This document shows positions 57,575 through 64,000 of a DNA stretch of 64,000 nt, one piece after another. The notes under the pieces were generated by a model. That model searched no databases, was not told where the DNA came from, and saw only the letters and a program-made list of their open reading frames with translations. A program made the position numbers and the translations under genes. Source of the DNA: Planctomycetota bacterium (lineage in GTDB: Bacteria > Planctomycetota > UBA1135 > UBA2386); assembly GCA_965223545.1 (NCBI GenBank), contig OZ245006.1:3392001-3456000 (forward strand), given 5' to 3'. The stretch's first letter is position 1; each line of letters begins with the position of its first letter.

Positions 57575-58732
57575 ATGCCGGCCGCCGAACGCCGTGATTC
57601 TCCGCCCACCGGCGCCGAGCGGCGCCGCTATCTGCGCCTTACGCAGGAAGTGTTCGTGCGGTGCCAAGCGCACATCGACGGCGGCGACGAGCAGGTCTTC
57701 GTCTACCCGGACCGACAGGGGTGGCGCCGCCGCCTGGCGGAGGTCGAGGAGTATTGGCGCCGGCAGCTGCCGTGGTTCGGGATGCGCGTCGACGAAGGGC
57801 CGGCAGGAACGCTGCACCTCGTCAGCGCCGGCGACGCGCGAACCGCGCACTACCTCCGTGCGTTGGCCCACCGGAGCGGCCAGCACCACGATCTCGACCG
57901 CGTCCTCCGCTCGCAGCTGACGGTGAGCGGCAGGGCAGCGTCGCGCCTGCAGCGCGGGTGGCGCCGCTGCACGCAGGGGCTGCGCCAGCTCCCGCAGTTC
58001 TTGGTCATCGGCGCGGCGAAGGCGGGGACCGGCTTTCTCTACCACGCGCTGACCCAACACCCCGAGGTGATCGGGGGCTGGAGCAAGGAGGCGTACTTCT
58101 TCGACCACGGCTTCGCGCGCGGCCTCGGCGCGTACCGGGCCCACTTCCCGCTGCGCACCAGGGGGCGCCGGCTCACGGGCGAAGCCACCCCATGCTACTT
58201 GTTCCATCCCCACGCCCCGCGCAGGGTCGCGGCCACGCTCGCCGAGGTCCGCGTCATCGTGCTGCTGCGCAACCCGGTCGACCGCGCCTACTCCGACTAC
58301 AGCCAGGCGCGGCGCATGGGGCGCGAGCCCCTGTCGTTCGAGGCCGCCCTCGATGCCGAACCAGCGCGCACCGAGGGCGAGCTCGAACGCATGCTCGCCG
58401 ATGAGGCGTACTTCGCCGCCAACCGATGGCACCACTCCTACTGTGGGCGCGGCCGCTACGCCGAGCAGCTCGAGCGCTGGTTCGCCCATCTGCCGCGGGC
58501 GCACTTCTTGGTGCTGCGCAGCGAAGATCTGTTCACCGCACCACGACGTGCCGCGGCCCGCGTCGCCGCGTTCTTGCAGATCGCCCCATGGCAGTTCGCC
58601 GAGACCCGCCGCAACTCGGTGCCGTACCCGCCGATGCCCGCCGGCGTGCGCACCCGCCTCGTCGAGCACTTTCGGCCGCACAACGAGCGGCTGGCGCGGC
58701 TGCTCGGCGAACCCGTGGACTGGGATCGGTGA
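57575..58732 (+). CDS. PAPS-dependent sulfotransferase with extra N-terminal domain
   Basis: FLVIGAAKAGT (5'-PSB), KEAYFFD, GEATPCY, LLRNPVDRAYSDY (3'-PB). Confidence 0.9.
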   Translation: MPAAERRDSPPTGAERRRYLRLTQEVFVRCQAHIDGGDEQVFVYPDRQGWRRRLAEVEEYWRRQLPWFGMRVDEGPAGTLHLVSAGDARTAHYLRALAHRSGQHHDLDRVLRSQLTVSGRAASRLQRGWRRCTQGLRQLPQFLVIGAAKAGTGFLYHALTQHPEVIGGWSKEAYFFDHGFARGLGAYRAHFPLRTRGRRLTGEATPCYLFHPHAPRRVAATLAEVRVIVLLRNPVDRAYSDYSQARRMGREPLSFEAALDAEPARTEGELERMLADEAYFAANRWHHSYCGRGRYAEQLERWFAHLPRAHFLVLRSEDLFTAPRRAAARVAAFLQIAPWQFAETRRNSVPYPPMPAGVRTRLVEHFRPHNERLARLLGEPVDWDR

Positions 58733-58748
58733 CGCATCCGCGCCTCGC

Positions 58749-59858
58749 TCAAGTACCCGCGGCCGACCGACGCCGCTCGACTTCGCGGGCGAACCACTCC
58801 GCGTCGAGCGGCAGGTCGAGCGTGCGACCCTGCCACGCCGAGCCGACAATCGCGTTGGCGAGCTCGACCGAGGCGACGCCATCGGCGACCGGAGCCAGCA
58901 GCGCGGCTTCGCCCCGTACTGCTGCCGCGAAGTTCTCCAGCACGGCGTTGTGCTGGCCACCGTCGCCGTCGAAGCGCAGCTCCTCGAGCACCGCCTGCGG
59001 AGCCGCGAACCACTCCTCGCTGCTCTGCGCAAACGCGCGCGCGCTGCACTCATTGCGCTCGATCCGCACGCCGTCGTCATCGATCACCACGCGGCCCATC
59101 TCCGCCGCGACCTCGAGCCGGTCGACGCCCGGCGCCTCACCCGTGGAGGTCTCCACCACTACGCGCAGACCGTCGGCGTAGTCCAGGACCGCAACCGCTT
59201 CGTCTTCCACCTCGACGGCGTGGTGCCGGCCGAACCCGCAGAAGCCGGTGACCCGCTGAGGCATGCCGAAGCACCACTGCAGCAGGTCGAGCTGGTGCGA
59301 CGTCTGGCCGAGCAGGACTCCGCCGCCCGCACCGCGCCACGTGCCGCGCCAAGGCCGACTGCGGTAGTAGAACTCGGGGCGGAACCAGCGCGTCGCCGTC
59401 CAGTGCACGCGATGTACTGCCCCGAGTGCTGCCGCACGCAGCTCCCGCCGCAGCCAGGAATAGCGCGGGTCGGTGCGCCGGTTGAGCACGACGCCACACA
59501 CGCGGTCGGGCCGGGCGGCGGCGGCCGCAACGATCTCACGCGCGGCGCGCACATCGGGCGCCAGCGGCTTCTCGATCAGCACGTGCAGGCCGCATTGCAG
59601 CGCGTCGACCGCGATCTGCGCGTGGCTGGGATGCGGTGTGGCGATCAACACCGCGTCCACGGCTCCACTGCGCGCCAGCTCGCGGTGGTCGACGAACGCG
59701 GGCGTCCCCTCGGGCGCGCGCGCGTGCCGGCGCGCATCGCGGCTGCAAACCGCCGTCAAGGCACAGTCACCGGCCGCGCCCTTCGCGAGTCGCTGCAAAT
59801 AGCTGGTGCCCATGCCGCCCAGGCCGACGACTCCCAACCGCAACGCCGGCGCGCTCAC
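58749..59858 (-). CDS. Gfo/Idh/MocA oxidoreductase
   Basis: GVVGLGGMG, VDAVLIATPH, HVLIEKP, GGGVLL...HQLD, VEVED. Confidence 0.92.
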   Translation of the reverse strand: MSAPALRLGVVGLGGMGTSYLQRLAKGAAGDCALTAVCSRDARRHARAPEGTPAFVDHRELARSGAVDAVLIATPHPSHAQIAVDALQCGLHVLIEKPLAPDVRAAREIVAAAAARPDRVCGVVLNRRTDPRYSWLRRELRAAALGAVHRVHWTATRWFRPEFYYRSRPWRGTWRGAGGGVLLGQTSHQLDLLQWCFGMPQRVTGFCGFGRHHAVEVEDEAVAVLDYADGLRVVVETSTGEAPGVDRLEVAAEMGRVVIDDDGVRIERNECSARAFAQSSEEWFAAPQAVLEELRFDGDGGQHNAVLENFAAAVRGEAALLAPVADGVASVELANAIVGSAWQGRTLDLPLDAEWFAREVERRRSAAGT

Positions 59859-60523
59859 AGCCCTTCTCCGCGACCGACCTTGAAGAACGTCCGGGCGATC
59901 AGGCCCAGATCGTAGCGCAGCAGCGACAGCTGTCCGCGGCGGGCAAACTCGTGGTAGTACGCCGTGTCACACTCCCAGGTCTCGCACTCGGTGCCCTTGG
60001 CCAGCTGGAACACGCCGGTCAGCCCTCCCCGCATGCCCGAGTTGGCGATCAGCGCCAGCCGGTTGGGCTCGTTGCGCGGCACCGGCCGCGGCCCGACGAA
60101 GCTCATGTGACCGGCGAGGATGTTCCACAGCTGCGGCAGCTCGTCCATGTAGTAGCGCTGCAGCAACGCGCCCATCCGCGTGGTGTGGTCTTGGTCGCGC
60201 TCGTGCGCCTTGACCGCCGGCATCCCCTGCCCATCGGCACCGACGAACCCGGCCAAGCTCTGGGGTCGCAGCACGCGGAACTTCAGCAGGGGAAAGAATG
60301 TCCCGTCCGCCGAGCGCCGCTCGGCATAAAGGGGGCTCGCCCAGCCACGACCCGCGAGTAGGTCTTCGAGCACGATGGCCACCGCGATCAAGATGCCGAA
60401 CGGACCGACGACGACGATGCCGCACCCGGCCATCAACCGATCGACGGTCGCCTTGAGCCAGCGCGGACGATCCACCCGGCGCAGAGGAGGCAGCTCGGGC
60501 GTGGGCTCTTTCCACTCGGTCAT
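59855..60523 (-). CDS. Bacterial sugar transferase (monotopic phosphoglycosyl transferase)
   Basis: LLKFR, MDELPQLWNILAGHMSFVGPRP, GLTG..Q. Confidence 0.9.
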   Translation of the reverse strand: MTEWKEPTPELPPLRRVDRPRWLKATVDRLMAGCGIVVVGPFGILIAVAIVLEDLLAGRGWASPLYAERRSADGTFFPLLKFRVLRPQSLAGFVGADGQGMPAVKAHERDQDHTTRMGALLQRYYMDELPQLWNILAGHMSFVGPRPVPRNEPNRLALIANSGMRGGLTGVFQLAKGTECETWECDTAYYHEFARRGQLSLLRYDLGLIARTFFKVGRGEGL

Positions 60524-60600
60524 CTTCCTGGACGGCGAGGCGAAGGCTGCCGCCAGGAACCGCTGCCGTCAAGTCGGGTGACCGGTCGCGCTCCGCTCCC

Positions 60601-61569
60601 TCAGCGCGGGCCGAGCCAACCGATGAGGTTGTCGATGGCGCGGTCGTAGCGCTCCAGCGACCCGTCGCGCAGACGCCAAAGCGCGACGCCAAGGACGGCT
60701 GTGCGACCCCGACCCAGCCCGCCGACGACGAGAAGGGGACGGCCCTCGACTTCATCGGTCCGCAACAAAACCGTGCCTCCGGCGCGCGCTGCACCCAGCC
60801 CACCGTGGTGAGGAGACTGGACACGCCACTGCGCGCCCGACGGGGAGCCGTCCACGCCCACCAACAACGGGTGTGCCGCGCCCGCGGCGGTGACGATCGC
60901 CGCCGACCCGAGCGGCGACCCGTCGCCCACGCTCGCCGCCACCGGCAGCCACGGCCCGAACGGCGTCTGCCACAGCTGGGGATCGCGCGCCGCATCTTCC
61001 AGCACCACGACACCCGCCCCACCGCGCACGCGCGCCTCCAGCGCACTCCACCACTCCGCGGCTTCCAACGGCGTGGCCCAGGCATCGGCCCAACGGACGT
61101 CGCCGATCAAGATCACGTCCGCCGCCGCGACCTGCGCGGCGGTCGGCCGCGGATCGAACGCGGTCGGCGCGGCCTCAGTCCTGTCTTGCTGCAGCCATAC
61201 GTGGGCACGGATCTCGGCGCGCCGGCGCAGCCAGGCAGACAGATAGCGAAACTCCCAAGACGGTGTTCCGGCCAGGTAGAGCACGTGCGAGCGGGCGCCG
61301 CCTTGTGCCAGCCCGTCGCGCTCTGCGCGCGGATTCCAGGCCACGGCCAAGACGACCGCCGCGCCCGCCAGCAGCACCGCGGCAGCCGCCGCCACCCGGC
61401 GCGGCCGGCCCCCGACATCGCGCGGCAGTGGTCGATCTCCGGGATCGGCCAAACCCAACCGCGCCAGCAGCGCGGTCCGCGCCTGCGCGGAAGGCCCGCG
61501 ACCGTGAACTTCTTCGAGACAAGTCTCGATCCACGCCTGGCGCAATGCGCGCGTCTCGGCAGGTGTCAT
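60601..61569 (-). CDS. Putative anti-sigma factor with extracytoplasmic class-I GATase-like domain
   Basis: Short N-terminus, TM, then VLYLAGTPSWEFRYL..DVILIGD..GGAGVVV..GRGR; overlaps ECF stop. Confidence 0.6.
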   Translation of the reverse strand: MTPAETRALRQAWIETCLEEVHGRGPSAQARTALLARLGLADPGDRPLPRDVGGRPRRVAAAAAVLLAGAAVVLAVAWNPRAERDGLAQGGARSHVLYLAGTPSWEFRYLSAWLRRRAEIRAHVWLQQDRTEAAPTAFDPRPTAAQVAAADVILIGDVRWADAWATPLEAAEWWSALEARVRGGAGVVVLEDAARDPQLWQTPFGPWLPVAASVGDGSPLGSAAIVTAAGAAHPLLVGVDGSPSGAQWRVQSPHHGGLGAARAGGTVLLRTDEVEGRPLLVVGGLGRGRTAVLGVALWRLRDGSLERYDRAIDNLIGWLGPR

Positions 61570-62087
61570 CGCATCCTCCGTCGTATGCACGACTGCAGCG
61601 CCGCTCGCGTGCGCCGCAGCAAGCTCTTGGTCGCCTCCACGCTCGCGCCGATCCGATCGCCGATCCGGGCGAGGGCGAGCCCCTCGGCGTAGCGCATCTC
61701 CAGCACGTGCCGCTGGCGGAACGCCAAGCCGACCAGACAGGCCTGCAACGCGCCGAGCCACGCCGCGCCGCCGTCGTCGCCCACTTCGCCGAGCCAGAAC
61801 TCCTCGAGCACCGCCGGGTCGACGCTCGCCACCCCATCGCGCTCGCGGGCGCGCTGCCGGGCGAACGCGCGCCGCACCGTCGTGCGCAGCCACGACGCCG
61901 TGACTCCGGCGCCGCGGTCCACCGGCGGCCGCGCCATCAGCCGGACGAACGCCTCCTGCACGAGGTCGTCGGCCTGGGCCGGCGACGCCCCCAGGAACCG
62001 CGCGTAGCGCCAGGTCGGTGCGTAGTGCGCATCGACCAGTGGCTTGTCGACGCGGACGGCGGCGGGGGACTCGACGGGGAGGACCAA
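61566..62087 (-). CDS. ECF sigma factor
   Basis: ADDLVQEAF, WLRTTVR, RQRHVLEMRYAEGL, ATKSLLRRTR; start uncertain. Confidence 0.82.
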   Translation of the reverse strand: MVLPVESPAAVRVDKPLVDAHYAPTWRYARFLGASPAQADDLVQEAFVRLMARPPVDRGAGVTASWLRTTVRRAFARQRARERDGVASVDPAVLEEFWLGEVGDDGGAAWLGALQACLVGLAFRQRHVLEMRYAEGLALARIGDRIGASVEATKSLLRRTRAALQSCIRRRMR

Positions 62088-62148
62088 TGCAAACAGAGAA
62101 CGGGGAGCCCGCGGTCGGGGTCGCGAAATCCGGCGGCGGCCGCCCGAC

Positions 62149-63270
62149 CTATCGACCGCGGATCGCGGCGGCGGCGGCCTGGGCGGCCGCGGCGACCTCC
62201 TCACCGAACACGTCCGCCCGGCTGTATTGGGCCAAGATCGGCAGCGCGGCCCCCGCCCCACGGCCGAGGTTGCCGAGGGCGGCAAACAGGATCTCCAAGA
62301 ACGCATCGTCGCGCGTCGGGTTGCACAGCGACAAGAGGATCTCGGTCGCTTCTTCCGCCCGTTCGCGATGCAGCGAGAGGCCGCGCACCGCGCGCTGCAA
62401 GCGCTCGGGGTCACCCTCGTGAACCCACCGCCACAGCACCGCGAACGCGAGGGGATGTGCCGGCGCGATCGCCGCCAACGCCTCTTCGAAGCAGAAGACG
62501 GCATCGCCGGTGAGGCCGAAGTCCATCAGCTCGTCGTCGACGGAGCCCTCGTGCAGTGCCTCGAGCCACTTGGCGATCGCGGGTCCGGCGGCGGCCCCCT
62601 GCGTGCGCCGGGTCGCCAGCACGCGCGCGGCAAACATCGCCTCGACGACCCGATCCCGCTGCACCCGGCGGACGAGCTCATCGGTGGTCGCCAACGGCGA
62701 CACCGCCAGGCGTCGGTGCAACCGCATCGCAGCGCCGCGCATCCACCACGCCGAGATGTCGGCGTTGCGGTGCGTGACCTCGGGCGACGCCCACGACAAC
62801 AGCTGCTCGCGAGTCGGCGCCCGGATCGCGGCGAGGTCGTTGGCCAACGTCACGTGCCAGGGGCCGAGCTCCGCGATGATCGCCAGCGCGACGAACTGGC
62901 TCGCGAACCGCCGCCGGCGCAGCTCGGAGAGCGCGGCGCGCACCGCGGGCTCGCTACCGGGACCGAGCCGGCGCAGCACGTCGATCACGCGGTCGGCGGC
63001 CGGCCACAAGCGCCGCGGGTCTGCCTCGCCTTGCATCCGTTCGAACAGATGCTCGGCCACCGCCCGCCCGGCAGCGGGACCGAGCAAGAACACCTCTTCG
63101 GCGACGGCCGCGAGCTCGTACTGCGACTGCAGCGCCTGCGGCAAGACGCGCTCCAGCCGCGCGCGCCATTCCGGGTCCTGCCGGCCCGCCCCCCGGCCCG
63201 CCCACAGGACCGCACCTCCCGCGGCTGCCGCCACGAGCGCAAAGAAGACCATTCGTCGAGGCGATCGCAT
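62149..63270 (-). CDS. Membrane-anchored HEAT-like repeat protein
   Basis: N-terminal TM; ALGNLGRGAGAALP, LRRLGPGSEPAV HEAT-like motifs. Confidence 0.6.
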   Translation of the reverse strand: MRSPRRMVFFALVAAAAGGAVLWAGRGAGRQDPEWRARLERVLPQALQSQYELAAVAEEVFLLGPAAGRAVAEHLFERMQGEADPRRLWPAADRVIDVLRRLGPGSEPAVRAALSELRRRRFASQFVALAIIAELGPWHVTLANDLAAIRAPTREQLLSWASPEVTHRNADISAWWMRGAAMRLHRRLAVSPLATTDELVRRVQRDRVVEAMFAARVLATRRTQGAAAGPAIAKWLEALHEGSVDDELMDFGLTGDAVFCFEEALAAIAPAHPLAFAVLWRWVHEGDPERLQRAVRGLSLHRERAEEATEILLSLCNPTRDDAFLEILFAALGNLGRGAGAALPILAQYSRADVFGEEVAAAAQAAAAAIRGR

Positions 63271-63460
63271 GCCAATCCTCGCGTGCAGGGAGCGACGGCG
63301 GCCCGAGGCCGGCCGGCCTGTCCTACCGACCCGATCACCCGCGGTAACCGCACCCAATGCCGCTCAAGCCCGAGTGCTCGTTTTGCCGACAGTAACCGCA
63401 GCGGCGGCCGTGGTCGCCACCCCCGCTCCCCGACCCCACAGCGCCAACGAGGTCGCTCCG

Positions 63461-64000
63461 ATGACGCCCGAGTACACGTCCCCCCAGGTGGTCGCCGAGA
63501 TCGGCTGCAATCACCTCGGCCGCATGGAGGTCGCGTTCGAGCTGATCGACCTCGCCCGGCAGGCCGGCGCGCAGCACGTCAAGCTGCAGAAGCGCACTCC
63601 ACGCGAGCTGCTTACGCCGGAACAGTACGCGGCACCTCACCCCAACCCACACCACAGCTACGGTGCGACCTACGGCGAGCACCGCGAGTTCCTCGAGCTG
63701 GACCAGGAGCAGCACGCGGAGCTGAAGCAGCACGCCGAGGCACAAGGGCTGATGTACTCGTCCTCGGTGTGGGACGTCACCGCCGCCCGCCAGATGGTCG
63801 AGCTCGGCCTCACGCACATCAAGGTGCCGTCGGCGTGCAACAACCACTTCGACCTGTTGCGCGTGCTGCGGGACGAATACGACGGCGGCGTGCACCTCTC
63901 GTTCGGCATGACCACCCATGCCGAGGAGCGCGCGGTCATCGAGTTCTTCGCCGCCACCGGTGCGGCCCGCGACCGGCTCGTGATCTACGCGTGCACGTCC
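63461..64000 (+). CDS. NeuB-family nonulosonate (sialic acid/KDN-type) synthase, 3'-truncated; absent from the ORF track
   Basis: Manual translation MTPEYTSPQVVAEIGCNHLG..AGAQHVKLQKR..YGEHREFLE..SSVWD..IKVPSA..HLSFGMT..YACT. Confidence 0.92.
   Translation, partial: MTPEYTSPQVVAEIGCNHLGRMEVAFELIDLARQAGAQHVKLQKRTPRELLTPEQYAAPHPNPHHSYGATYGEHREFLELDQEQHAELKQHAEAQGLMYSSSVWDVTAARQMVELGLTHIKVPSACNNHFDLLRVLRDEYDGGVHLSFGMTTHAEERAVIEFFAATGAARDRLVIYACTS

Noticed and set aside
1..64000. CRISPR arrays, tRNA, rRNA, prophage genes
   Set aside because: No regularly spaced direct repeats, cloverleaf or rRNA-like segments or phage hallmark proteins seen by eye; a covariance-model scan was not run

Overview
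High-GC, gene-dense bacterial chromosomal segment. The gene style (carboxypeptidase-regulatory-like repeat proteins, ECF sigma/anti-sigma pairs, Ser/Thr kinase, sulfatase, HEAT proteins) suggests an uncultured Planctomycetota-like genome; this is inference only. About 53 CDS can be supported. They include a 5'-truncated IS110-family recombinase, a membrane-anchored barnase-like RNase with barstar, a propeller/di-heme cytochrome c protein, a SNF2+SWIM pair, three small regulator units with visible operators (ArsR, TetR, HxlR), a ribBA-ECF-antisigma-pilM-like operon and several secreted hydrolases. At 48-64 kb there is an unusual cluster: PGM1-like ATP-grasp ligase, adenylation-less C-PCP-TE NRPS module, PLP decarboxylase, Asn-synthetase-like protein, sulfotransferase, Gfo/Idh/MocA, phosphoglycosyl transferase and NeuB. 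Best leads: (1) a dispersed REP-like repeat (core GAGCCTG[A/G]C[T/A]CCGTAC, one copy an 81-bp near-perfect palindrome) whose 3' half directly abuts the IS110 right end, suggesting it is the recombination target; (2) the A-less NRPS/ATP-grasp/glycan-tailoring cluster. No rRNA, tRNA or CRISPR array was seen. All calls are by motif recognition; no searches were run, and many starts were chosen by eye.
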